A stretch of DNA of 64,000 nucleotides from Promethearchaeota archaeon. Its GTDB lineage: Archaea > Asgardarchaeota > Lokiarchaeia > Sigyniarchaeales > SOKP01. The notes beneath the pieces are model-generated. The model was not told the origin of the DNA, ran no database searches, and worked only from the letters and a program-made list of their open reading frames with translations. The DNA lies in assembly GCA_048938005.1 (NCBI GenBank), contig JBHLMQ010000008.1, forward strand, positions 17,509-81,508. The letters run 5' to 3'. This document shows, piece after piece, positions 1 to 9,077 of this stretch (position 1 is the stretch's first letter; each line of letters opens with the position of its first letter). The translations under genes and the position numbers were made by a program.

Positions 1-153
1 GCCCAAGATCCGTATGATCTATGTGATCTATATGATCTACATGATCAATATGCCCAAGATCCGTATGATCTATGTGATCTATATGATCTACATGATCAAT
101 ATGCCCAAGATCCGTATGATCTATGTGACCTATATGGTCTAGATGATCAATAT
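1..153. repeat. 51-bp coding tandem repeat (3 copies visible, internal 9-bp sub-period)
   Basis: gcccaagatccgtatgatctatgtgatctatatgatctacatgatcaatat at 1-51 and 52-102, slightly diverged at 103-153; encodes the 17-aa unit IDHVDHIDHIDHTDLGH on the minus strand. Confidence 0.95.
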
Positions 154-382
154 TTTGAAGATCATGAGTTGATATTTCAGCAAGAATAGTTGATATAATT
201 GACATTATTATTCCACCAATAAATAAACCCAAGCAGATACTAAAAAAAAAATCATAAAAATTGTTTAAAAAAAGTCCTATAAGTGTAAAGGTTAAACCAA
301 TTAAAATTAAAAAACTAAAAGTAAAGATATGGCTCCTATTCCACTGAATCCCAATTAATCTACTATATAAATTTCTAGCCAT
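1..382 (-). CDS. Partial (runs off window start) membrane protein with His/Asp-rich repeat, YqiJ/NfeD-like; not in ORF track
   Basis: ATG at 382-380 opens an uninterrupted frame to the edge: MARNLYSRLIGIQWNRSHIFTFSFLILIGLTFTLIGLFLNNFYDFFFSICLGLFIGGIIMSIISTILAEISTHDLQNIDHLDHIGHIDHTDLGHIDHVDHIDHIDHTDLG...; two hydrophobic segments, then DH repeats. Confidence 0.75.
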   Translation of the reverse strand, partial: MARNLYSRLIGIQWNRSHIFTFSFLILIGLTFTLIGLFLNNFYDFFFSICLGLFIGGIIMSIISTILAEISTHDLQNIDHLDHIGHIDHTDLGHIDHVDHIDHIDHTDLGHIDHVDHIDHIDHTDLG

Positions 383-457
383 TATGCGAATATACTTTCT
401 CCTATTTTTTTAGTATTTTTTAATTAATTGAATTTGAATATGATAAAAAAATAAAAA

Positions 458-934
458 TTACAATTTAGTTCCGCATTGATGACAAAATATTGCATCTCTC
501 TCGACTTTCTCACCGCAATATTTACAATAATTAATCTCTGAAACAATAGGGATTTCTTGTGTAATCTCCTTATAAATTGATTCTGTGGGTTGTTCTTGAA
601 TTGAGTTTCGAATTTTATAAGGATTATGTTGTTGAGACGGCTCTTGAGATTGATAATCATATAATTTTATGGGTTCTTCATTAGCCTTGTTTGAAGGTGC
701 ACTCATCAATGATGCAATAACTCCTATAATTGTAATAAAGATTAAAAAACCTCCTAAACCAAAAATCATAGGCCATATGGGCATTATCGTAAATCCATTA
801 AAGCGATAAAAGAATACAAACATTAGTAGCCCAAATATAAAGAATAAGATTAATCCAACTATTATTGCTCTAGCAGCTCTATTTTTATGATATCTATTAC
901 GCTTACCTGCAACAATAAACGGAACCCATGCCAA
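458..934 (-). CDS. Membrane protein with C-terminal zinc ribbon
   Basis: Two hydrophobic helices; C-terminal CKYC...CHQC. Confidence 0.8.
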   Translation of the reverse strand: MAWVPFIVAGKRNRYHKNRAARAIIVGLILFFIFGLLMFVFFYRFNGFTIMPIWPMIFGLGGFLIFITIIGVIASLMSAPSNKANEEPIKLYDYQSQEPSQQHNPYKIRNSIQEQPTESIYKEITQEIPIVSEINYCKYCGEKVERDAIFCHQCGTKL

Positions 935-1279
935 TTTTTTTTATATCACCTTATTATATTTTTTTATATTTCTTTATATTTTATTTTATTTTCAATATAT
1001 CTGTATATACCTATATATTTAAATGTTGTGTTATAATCGAAATTTAATAAAAAAAGGCGGAAATATTTAAATTTAAGTATTGAGATATATATATTAATAT
1101 ATATAAATAAATTGAAAATTACAAATAATTAAGTATTGGAAATGTATATAAATCTATATATACAAAATAATTGTTTAAAAAGCTCTTTTCTCTTTTAATA
1201 GATAAAATTAAACTTTATTAATATAAAAATATATATTCGAATAGCGAAGCTGTAAAAAAATAGGTTAAGAATAAAGGAG

Positions 1280-2044
1280 TTGATTCAATTGTCCAAAAAT
1301 AATGAAAATTCTAACGATAAAAATAATGAAACTCAAAAAGATGAAATCAAAGAACCCGAGCTTAAAGATAAGCCCATATACGTCAAGGTAAGTGATGATA
1401 CAAGGAGTTTAATTGATAAATATAAAGAAAAAGGGACTACAATATCAGATTTAGTGAGACATTCGGTAAAATGTTATGATGAATTTAATTCCATATCTCC
1501 AGAAATTCGTGCTGTCATCGAAAAGTATAAAGAGGAAGATGAATCTGATATTTCATTTATTGAACGTGCCATGAAATATTACGGAGATCAAAGAAACCTT
1601 GATAGAGATCTATGGGTTCGTGCTAGAGATGAAATGAAAATGATGCTCATAGGAAAAACTACTTTTAATCAGTTAATCGCTGCTGCTGAAGCTCCAGAAG
1701 AGAGTTTGAAGAAACCATGGCGCAAGAATGTTGCTATTGACTTGATTTTATGGTATAATGAGGCAAAACCACTTAAAAACCTCTCAATAGAAGAAATTAT
1801 AAAAACTGTACAAAAAATGTGGGTTGTTGCTAATTATTTTCATACAATCGATGTTGTAAAAGAAAATGAAGATGAATTTCATATATTATTCAGGCATAGG
1901 CAACATAAACGTTATAGTTCTTATTGGTTAGGATATTTCACAGAATTGTTTACATCAGAAGAAATGCCTTTCAAATGTCAAGTTGAGGGACAGGTATTTG
2001 ATGAATCATTATCAATGATAATAAAAATTGGATATAAAAAATAG
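1280..2044 (+). CDS. Putative transcription regulator (ribbon-helix-helix-like N-terminus, V4R-like ligand-binding C-terminus)
   Basis: IYVKVSDDTRSLIDKY...TISDLVRHSV resembles an RHH motif; GGAG just upstream of the TTG start; domain calls are by eye. Confidence 0.5.
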   Translation: MIQLSKNNENSNDKNNETQKDEIKEPELKDKPIYVKVSDDTRSLIDKYKEKGTTISDLVRHSVKCYDEFNSISPEIRAVIEKYKEEDESDISFIERAMKYYGDQRNLDRDLWVRARDEMKMMLIGKTTFNQLIAAAEAPEESLKKPWRKNVAIDLILWYNEAKPLKNLSIEEIIKTVQKMWVVANYFHTIDVVKENEDEFHILFRHRQHKRYSSYWLGYFTELFTSEEMPFKCQVEGQVFDESLSMIIKIGYKK

Positions 2045-2055
2045 AAATTTAAATT

Positions 2056-2652
2056 TTAAAAATTTCTCAATATTGTTATATTTTGACCTGGAGTAAATTG
2101 TTTTCTTAATTCTTCTTTTTCCTCTTCAGAATCATATATATTATACCAATCCCAAATTTTAAGAGCGAAATCCGAGAATGCATATCCTTTAGCAGTGAGT
2201 ATATTTCCATCCAGTACTACTCTAGCATCCACATAATTTTCCCTTGGGAAAGGATCTGGGACATTTTTTTCTTTATAGTATAGTGGTTCTTCAGATGTTG
2301 TATATTTTTTCCCATCTAAAATACCACTTTTTGCTAGAAATTCAGGTCCTGCACAGATTGCCGCAATTAACTTTCTCTCTTTATTCAGATTTTTTACTAG
2401 ATTCTCAAGTTCTGCTTTTAATATTCTAGTACTTCCTCCAGGAATTAATAATCCTTCTATATTGCTTATGTCTGAAATTTCTGAAATCTCTTTATCTGGA
2501 ATAATTGTCAATCCTCCAGTACTTTTAACAGGTTTTTTTTCATATGCTATATAGACAACTTTATAATTCTCATGTCCATCTATCCCTGAGCAGGTAAGAA
2601 CTGTTTCAAAATCAGCAAATCCATCGTATATAAAACATAATATTTCCTTCAT
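2056..2652 (-). CDS. DJ-1/PfpI family protein
   Basis: GFADFE, LLIPGG, AAICAGP nucleophile motif, VVLDGNILTA. Confidence 0.9.
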   Translation of the reverse strand: MKEILCFIYDGFADFETVLTCSGIDGHENYKVVYIAYEKKPVKSTGGLTIIPDKEISEISDISNIEGLLIPGGSTRILKAELENLVKNLNKERKLIAAICAGPEFLAKSGILDGKKYTTSEEPLYYKEKNVPDPFPRENYVDARVVLDGNILTAKGYAFSDFALKIWDWYNIYDSEEEKEELRKQFTPGQNITILRNF

Positions 2653-2739
2653 CGCTTATCTCATCTAAAACTTTAATTTATTAACTTAAAATTGTCAATT
2701 CTATAAATAGATTAAAATATTGAACTTTTAATTTAACAT

Positions 2740-5256
2740 TTAAAATTTTACTTCTAGTTCATCCATCTCCGCTAAGAGTTTAATTTTTTTCTCTTTCCAT
2801 TCTTTTCTCATTTTTATATCGCAAAAACATGTATATATCGCTTTTTCTCCTTCCTCTAAACTTTCTCGTGCTAAATCATATTTCTCCGTTTCTTTATAGC
2901 ATTTAGCCATTTGAAGATATGAATTATAAGTAAACCAGCCATATGGTTCAAGCTCTAACGCTTTCTGTATTTCTTTCAGTGCCTTTTCGTATTCCCCGAA
3001 GTCTGTTAAAATTTCGGCAAAAGTATCATGATAATTCCCATCATCAGGATCTAATTCAGTCAGTAGTTTTCCTGCGTTTATCGCTTCTTCCTTCTCATTG
3101 TTATATAAATGATAATATACTTTATGATTAAGGATATCAAGATTATCTGGATATTTTTCTCTCAATTTATTGACGATTTTTAAACTTTCATCAAATCTAT
3201 TCATCTTTTTCATAAGATTCGCTTTAAGTAACAATAAATCCACTTCTTTTTCAGGAAATTTCTTAAGATTTTTTTCAATTAGTTCTGTTGCCTTCTCGAA
3301 ATCGTCTTTAGAAAAGAACATTTTATATCTATAATAAAACAATTTAAGATCTTTAGGATCTAACTCCATAGCAGTATTTATTGCTTCAATCGCATCATCC
3401 AATTCATTTAATTGGTTTAAAACGAGGCTCTTAAATAGAAAATACTTTGCTTTATTTGATTTATTCGAATCTAATGAGATGGCATGATCGATATCATCTA
3501 AAACTTGATCACTCCTCATTTCTTCGAGATCCAATTCATAAATAATTTTTTGCCCTAATATTAAAGCTCTAGTTGCATAGCTAATAGGATGATCTGGATA
3601 AGTCTTACTTAATTTATTGCTGAGTTTAAATGCTTTTTCAAACCGTCCATATGTTAAATGGCAAAAGATTGATATGAAATAATAAGAGATCATAGAATTT
3701 TCATCTTTGTCATCAATATAAGGTTTTACCTCTGTATTTAATAATTCTATGGCTTCTTGATGTCGAATCAAATAACTAAGGACAATTGCTTTCAAGAAAA
3801 GTAGGTCTATATTCTCCTTATCTAATTCAATCTCAGCATTTACTTTATTTAGAGCAACTTCATGCTCCTTTTTTTTCATAAAATATTTTGCTTCTTCAAA
3901 AAGTTCTTCTATTTTTGGGGATGCAAAGAACGTTAACACTCTCAATAATGAAGGATCTATATAATATGTCTTCTGAGTTTGCTCAACAATTTCAGGTTGG
4001 GAACTAATTGATTGAAAAACCTCAGGGATATTTCTCCACGCAACACCTTCTAATTTATCTAAAGTATCCACTAATGTCCTCTTAGTTTCTATTTTATAAG
4101 CTAAGTAATTTATATATTCTGGTAAAAATTTCTTTAATGCTTCTTTTAAATCCATTACAAATAAGTTATCGCATATTTCATTTAAAATCGCATCAACAGT
4201 AGATTCTAGAGTTAAGATCGGTCTGTCATCTGTGATTTTTTCATATAATTTGTTCAAATAGGTGAATTTGGTAATATGATCCTCAGTAATCGCACTTAAA
4301 ACTTTCTCTATCTTCTCATTTGCCTGAAAATAATATATCTTCTCATCTTCAACTTCTAACCTAAAAAATTCAATTGGATACACATTTTTCTCTACGATTT
4401 GCCGAATATTAAATTCAAGATCTAAAATATCAATATTATATTTTTTAGAGAAATCTTTTGTTGATTTATAAAATGGATATTGATTTGGGTGATTCATCGA
4501 AAGGAAAAGTAATATCTTATTAAAATCTTCTTCACTGTCTAATGAACCTTTTAATTTTTCAAAGGGTAATGTTAAAACATTATTCAAAAATCGAAATTTT
4601 ATATCATCATCTACAATATCATATTTTTCAAAAAATCTAATTGTCCTCTTAGTAATCTCTTCAATCCTCTTACTTTCTTCATTTAAGATAGATTGTCTGT
4701 CTAAGTCATAAGATTTTAACATTCTTGAATATTCCGATTTACCAGCAAGAGTGATCCTATATTCTTTATTCTCTTTCCTGATAAGCCCATTATCCATTAG
4801 CAAATTCAAATTCTTTGATAATGATGATTGATTAATATAAACAGGTGCTCTTTCATCAAGAAAATCCGACCATTTTAAGTAATTATTATTATAGGCCATC
4901 CAGAGAATTATGTGATCATAATTTCTTTTATCACTAATTGCCTTAGGAGGATAACTTAATTTTCTCTTTGCTTCTTTAGCTCTAGATAATTCGTTATATC
5001 TCTCCTCACCTTTAGAAGTAATTTTATAATGCCCTCTCTTTATTTTTTCAATATACCCCTTACTATCCAACTTATTTAGATAATTTGATAGAGTCGATTG
5101 GGCAATATTTATGGGGTCCTCCTTAAAATTCGACCATTCTACAATTTCGTTATTTTTGAGCATCCAGAGAATAATATGTTCAATATTTTTTTTCTGAAAA
5201 CCTAATTGGACATAAATTTCTTCTGGTGGATAATTCAATTCTTCTGTTCCACTCAT
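2740..5256 (-). CDS. Tandem winged-helix + TPR-repeat protein (putative transcription regulator)
   Basis: Two repeated wHTH units (IAQSTLSNYLNKLDSKGYIEK...YKITSKG; INQSSLSKNLNLLMDNGLIRK...YRITLAG) and many C-terminal TPRs (e.g. KALKEIQKALELEP). Confidence 0.8.
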   Translation of the reverse strand: MSGTEELNYPPEEIYVQLGFQKKNIEHIILWMLKNNEIVEWSNFKEDPINIAQSTLSNYLNKLDSKGYIEKIKRGHYKITSKGEERYNELSRAKEAKRKLSYPPKAISDKRNYDHIILWMAYNNNYLKWSDFLDERAPVYINQSSLSKNLNLLMDNGLIRKENKEYRITLAGKSEYSRMLKSYDLDRQSILNEESKRIEEITKRTIRFFEKYDIVDDDIKFRFLNNVLTLPFEKLKGSLDSEEDFNKILLFLSMNHPNQYPFYKSTKDFSKKYNIDILDLEFNIRQIVEKNVYPIEFFRLEVEDEKIYYFQANEKIEKVLSAITEDHITKFTYLNKLYEKITDDRPILTLESTVDAILNEICDNLFVMDLKEALKKFLPEYINYLAYKIETKRTLVDTLDKLEGVAWRNIPEVFQSISSQPEIVEQTQKTYYIDPSLLRVLTFFASPKIEELFEEAKYFMKKKEHEVALNKVNAEIELDKENIDLLFLKAIVLSYLIRHQEAIELLNTEVKPYIDDKDENSMISYYFISIFCHLTYGRFEKAFKLSNKLSKTYPDHPISYATRALILGQKIIYELDLEEMRSDQVLDDIDHAISLDSNKSNKAKYFLFKSLVLNQLNELDDAIEAINTAMELDPKDLKLFYYRYKMFFSKDDFEKATELIEKNLKKFPEKEVDLLLLKANLMKKMNRFDESLKIVNKLREKYPDNLDILNHKVYYHLYNNEKEEAINAGKLLTELDPDDGNYHDTFAEILTDFGEYEKALKEIQKALELEPYGWFTYNSYLQMAKCYKETEKYDLARESLEEGEKAIYTCFCDIKMRKEWKEKKIKLLAEMDELEVKF

Positions 5257-5314
5257 TAAAAATTCACCATATTCCCTATATTTAATATATAATCCAATCT
5301 ATATTTATAGTTTT

Positions 5315-5368
5315 TGGTTCATTTGGGAGTATGAACTCTCTTTGAAGTACAAACTCCATATGAAGTAT
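5315..5368. promoter_or_regulatory. Tandem 18-bp imperfect palindromic operator-like sites (RAACTC-N6-RAGTWY)
   Basis: TGGTTC-ATTTGG-GAGTAT (5315), GAACTC-TCTTTG-AAGTAC (5333), AAACTC-CATATG-AAGTAT (5351), back-to-back in the divergent promoter region. Confidence 0.55.
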
Positions 5369-5440
5369 ATGTACCAAAACTATATATGTTGTACTTTCTA
5401 TTTGTTATTTAAGGAAAAAAACTTTAGAGTGAAAAAAAAA

Positions 5441-5686
5441 ATGGCTCAAGCAGCAGTAGAAAATTGTGTAGAAAAAAAATGTGTTGATATTGAAAAAATC
5501 ATATTGGAAATACTTCCTGGACAGGAGACGTCTAATCAGATCATAAAAATAGAGAAGAAACCATTTAAAACGGATTTATTAAATTTATTAAAAAAGGTTG
5601 AATTAAACACCAGATATCTTGAAGAAACAATTCCTATAAAAAAAGTTGATAATCAACAATATTGGAGGATTTATAGAGTTTATTAG
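5441..5686 (+). CDS. Small hypothetical protein (81 aa) ending QQYWRIYRVY
   Basis: ATG at 5441 preceded by GAGTGA; more plausible than the ORF-track TTG at 5342, which lies inside the operator array. Confidence 0.6.
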   Translation: MAQAAVENCVEKKCVDIEKIILEILPGQETSNQIIKIEKKPFKTDLLNLLKKVELNTRYLEETIPIKKVDNQQYWRIYRVY

Positions 5687-5758
5687 AGTATTAAATCAAA
5701 ATTTTTTTAATTTAAAACAATAAGCAAAATAAAAATAACAAAAAAGAGGTAAAAAAAA

Positions 5759-5827
5759 ATGTATAAAAAAAGCTTGGAAAGAAGAGAGTTAATTATTATC
5801 AAGAATATGATTTACAGAATTTGGTAA
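5759..5827 (+). CDS. Putative 22-aa peptide MYKKSLERRELIIIKNMIYRIW; not in ORF track
   Basis: GAGGT Shine-Dalgarno 8 nt before ATG; TAA followed by a T-tract; C-terminus IYRIW resembles IYRVY of the upstream gene. Confidence 0.5.
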   Translation: MYKKSLERRELIIIKNMIYRIW

Positions 5828-5911
5828 ATACTTTTTTTTATTTTAATTTATTTCATGTTCATTTTATTTCCACATTATGAACACTTACATTTCTCTTTTT
5901 ATAACATCTCC

Positions 5912-5950
5912 GAATTCCTAGGAGTATAATCTTCTAGGAATTCTTTTTTT
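5912..5950 (+). terminator. Stem-loop plus U-tract (intrinsic-terminator-like)
   Basis: GAATTCCTAGGAG-tataat-CTTCTAGGAATTC (13-bp stem with one G-U pair) followed by T7, between convergent genes. Confidence 0.6.
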
Positions 5951-6057
5951 ATTATAAATTACTATTATGTTAATTATTTAAATAGAAGAAAAAATCATGA
6001 ACAATGGAACTAAATGATTTAAAAAGAAATAAAAAAAGCAAAAATTAATAGAAAGAA

Positions 6058-6840
6058 TTAAGAAATAACAAAACATTTGGGATTTTCTTCGACTGGCTTA
6101 TCAATTTTATCATATTCATTTCTTAGCATTTTGAGAAAAATTGAGGTTGATTTTCGATTGGTTTGGATTGCTGAAATAATAAAAATACTACTTACTAGAA
6201 TTAACCAGATTGCATGAGCTAATTGTAAAGTGAAAATAAAATAAATCCCACAAATCAAAATACTATATCCCAAAATACTACTTATCTTTGAAACGACTTT
6301 TGTGCTAAAACCATAATCTAGAGTACGATCCCATAAAAATGCCCTTAAAACTCGTCCACCATCTAATGGAAATGCGGGGATTAAATTAAAAAAAGCGATA
6401 ATCCCATTCGAGAGTGCAAAAAAGTAAAATGAAGTAGTAATATAGGTGTGAAAATTTAACAATAAGGATCTGCTTAATCCTAGAAACACGGTTCCTATGA
6501 TTAAATTTGTTAATGGACCAACTATACAGATTTTAATTTCGTTCTTAGGAATAGTAATGTCTTCCTTTAAATTAACAATTCCACCAAAAAAATTAAATCC
6601 AATTTCTGCTACAACAACTCCTAATCGTCGAGAAACTATTAAGTGTGCTAATTCATGAATAACTATTGAAAATAGAATAACAAGAACGCTTATAAGACCA
6701 AATATTATTAACTCACTTGGACCAACTTCAGGAAGATATCTTTTATAAAATTCTATAGAAAAATACCCCATAATAAATACAAATAAAAGAAGAGATGAAT
6801 GTACTTTTACATCAATGTCCTTTATTCTCGCGACTTTTAT
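6058..6840 (-). CDS. Site-2 protease (M50 family) intramembrane metalloprotease
   Basis: HELAH, GPLTN and NLIPAFPLDGG motifs; frame stays open upstream of ATG 6771 with a typical KVARIKDIDVKVH N-terminus, so a start at ATA 6840 behind GAGGT is proposed. Confidence 0.9.
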   Translation of the reverse strand: MKVARIKDIDVKVHSSLLLFVFIMGYFSIEFYKRYLPEVGPSELIIFGLISVLVILFSIVIHELAHLIVSRRLGVVVAEIGFNFFGGIVNLKEDITIPKNEIKICIVGPLTNLIIGTVFLGLSRSLLLNFHTYITTSFYFFALSNGIIAFFNLIPAFPLDGGRVLRAFLWDRTLDYGFSTKVVSKISSILGYSILICGIYFIFTLQLAHAIWLILVSSIFIISAIQTNRKSTSIFLKMLRNEYDKIDKPVEENPKCFVIS

Positions 6841-7048
6841 CTTATAAACCTCTTTCCTAGGGTAATTAAGCTAAATATGAATAATATTTATAATAATTTG
6901 CAAAAAACTTATCCACAATAATAAAATAATCACAAATTTAAATAATTATGGTTTTAATAATTGATCTGAATCGCTTTTATTTTTTTAAAAAATTGTTATG
7001 AATTGATGTAATTCCATCAATTTTACCATTACTTTTTTGTAATATGTA

Positions 7049-7084
7049 AAACTCCATTTTGAGTTTAAAGTTCACTCTAAGTTC
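7049..7084. promoter_or_regulatory. 18-bp palindromic operator-like site plus degenerate tandem copy
   Basis: AAACTC-CATTTT-GAGTTT (perfect arms, 7049-7066) followed by AAAGTT-CACTCT-AAGTTC; same motif as 5315-5368; lies between the divergent S2P and MFS genes. Confidence 0.5.
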
Positions 7085-7168
7085 ATCAACTTAAACTATT
7101 TATGTAAAGATTTATAGAAATCTTATAAGGATTGTTTTTAAATAAAGTTAGATAGAGTCAAAGAAAAA

Positions 7169-8479
7169 ATGGAAAATTTACAGACCAAGAAATCGCAGTC
7201 GCATTATCTATATTTCTTGTTTGGACAACAGTTTTCTATGTTAGGTTCTTTAATAGTAAGATTTGTGATTACATGGTGGATTACAGTGGAGACGGGTAGT
7301 GCTGTATATCTTTCAATTTCCGTATTTTTGATGTTTCTACCGCAAATTATAGTAACTCCTTTCTCAGGAGTTATTGCAGATCGATGGAATAAAAAAGTTA
7401 TTATTGCTATCTCCGATACACTACAAGCTTCTCTAACATTTTTGCTATTTATCTTTTTCTTTTTTGATTTTCAAAATATTTGGCTTGTTTTAGCAGTAAA
7501 TACATTTAGTGCTGCTTTATTTGCATTCCAATACCCCACAGTTCAAGCTCTTATCCCTGCTATGGTTCCTAAGGAGAATTTAAGTAGGATTAATGGTATG
7601 AATTTCTTGTTTTCTGGGGTGATTTTTGGAATTGGTCCAGTTATAGCAGCAACTCTTTTATCATTTTTTCCCATAACACAAATTTTCCTTATTGACATAA
7701 TAACATTTATTATAGCTCTTGTCCCATTATTGATAATAAAAATTCCTAGAATGCATAGCATTACGGAAGAAGCCACAAAAAAATCATTCTTTAAGGATTT
7801 TAAAACAGGATTATTAACTATCAAAATGATTCCAGGGCTATTAGCGATGATCGTACTTGCTATGGTATGGAATTTTATTAATAGACCTTGGGCTGTCTTA
7901 ACACCTTACTTTATAAAATATACTCATGATGGATCTGCTTTCGATCTTGCTTTATTAATGACATCAATGCAACTTGGAAACATTGTTGGTTCTGTGATTA
8001 CATCAATTAAGAAAACTTGGAAACATAAAATAAAATTAAATATAATTGGTGCGTCAATATTTTTTGTATGCCAATTGCCTGCAATTCTAGCACCTAAGGG
8101 TAATTTCATACTAATGATGATTGCGCTGTTTCCAGGAGCGATACTTATTCCAATTACAGTTTCTACTTATTTAGCAATTCTACAAATAGTTGTTACTAAA
8201 GATAAAATGGGTAGAATAATGTCGATTGATCATATGATTTCTATGGCAATTGCTCCAATTGGAGCCCTCATTGCTGGTCCATTAGCAGAACTTATTGGAA
8301 TAGTCAATCTATTTCTTATCTGTGCTATTATAGGGAGCGTTTTTCCTTATTTTCTGTGGTTTTTTACAAAAATAAGACACCTTGAAATTATCGATAGAGA
8401 AAAAATGATGAAAACTGAAGAAATCGAAGAAGTTGCTAAAGTCCCAGAAATTGTCCAAATTACCGAAACTATAGAATAA
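7169..8479 (+). CDS. MFS transporter (MefA/DHA3-like efflux)
   Basis: About 12 TM segments; GQQFSMLGS, GVIADRWNKK MFS motif A, MGRIMS. Confidence 0.9.
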   Translation: MENLQTKKSQSHYLYFLFGQQFSMLGSLIVRFVITWWITVETGSAVYLSISVFLMFLPQIIVTPFSGVIADRWNKKVIIAISDTLQASLTFLLFIFFFFDFQNIWLVLAVNTFSAALFAFQYPTVQALIPAMVPKENLSRINGMNFLFSGVIFGIGPVIAATLLSFFPITQIFLIDIITFIIALVPLLIIKIPRMHSITEEATKKSFFKDFKTGLLTIKMIPGLLAMIVLAMVWNFINRPWAVLTPYFIKYTHDGSAFDLALLMTSMQLGNIVGSVITSIKKTWKHKIKLNIIGASIFFVCQLPAILAPKGNFILMMIALFPGAILIPITVSTYLAILQIVVTKDKMGRIMSIDHMISMAIAPIGALIAGPLAELIGIVNLFLICAIIGSVFPYFLWFFTKIRHLEIIDREKMMKTEEIEEVAKVPEIVQITETIE

Positions 8480-8607
8480 ATTCTTTTTTATTTTTTCTTT
8501 TATTTTACTATAAGCATGTTTAAATACTCTAATAGATTTTATAATTATAGAAAGTTGTGAAAAAAAAACACACAACTTATTTAACAGTAGTTTAATGTGA
8601 AAAATAA

Positions 8608-9015
8608 ATGCAACAAAATGATAAGGAATTAGAAATGTTGAGACTAAAAAAAGCTGAAGCTTTATTAAAGCATGAGGCAATGCCAAAGAGCATAATAGAG
8701 ATACATGCTCCTGATGATTTTAATAAAATTCTGAAAAATTACCCCGATAAAATAATTATCATAGATTTTTGGGCAGTTTGGTGTGGTCCTTGTATGTTCT
8801 TCGCTCCAATTTTCAAAAAATTACAAAATGAATTTCAAAAAGATTTCATATTTGTTAAGGTTAATGTTGATGAAAATGGCGCAATAGCGATGAAATATGG
8901 AATAACTGGGATTCCAACAACTTTATTTATTAAAAATGGAGAAGTAGTAAATAAAATTGTTGGAGCGATGAATTATGAAGGCATGAAAAAAGTATTAGAG
9001 AAACTAAACCAGTAA
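8608..9015 (+). CDS. trxA: Thioredoxin
   Basis: DFWAVWCGPC active site, GIPT. Confidence 0.92.
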   Translation: MQQNDKELEMLRLKKAEALLKHEAMPKSIIEIHAPDDFNKILKNYPDKIIIIDFWAVWCGPCMFFAPIFKKLQNEFQKDFIFVKVNVDENGAIAMKYGITGIPTTLFIKNGEVVNKIVGAMNYEGMKKVLEKLNQ

Positions 9016-9077
9016 AAAAAATTTAATATATTATTTTTTTCTTTAAATTCCTTTTTAATATTTTGAGGGAATATTTA

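Noticed and set aside
1-153. Tandem repeat as a possible CRISPR array
   Set aside because: Units are contiguous with no unique spacers, the length is a multiple of 3 and the repeat is protein-coding.
424-660. 78-aa minus-strand ORF
   Set aside because: Alternative frame overlapping the zinc-ribbon gene; no motifs.
5342-5440. N-terminal extension of the 114-aa ORF
   Set aside because: It runs through the operator array and promoter region; ATG 5441 has an SD-like sequence.
8309-8686. 125-aa minus-strand ORF and the many other short antisense ORFs (e.g. 19999-20373, 53907-54236, 55877-56272, 61704-62168)
   Set aside because: Antisense shadows of well-supported genes with F/L/I/S-biased composition and no motifs.
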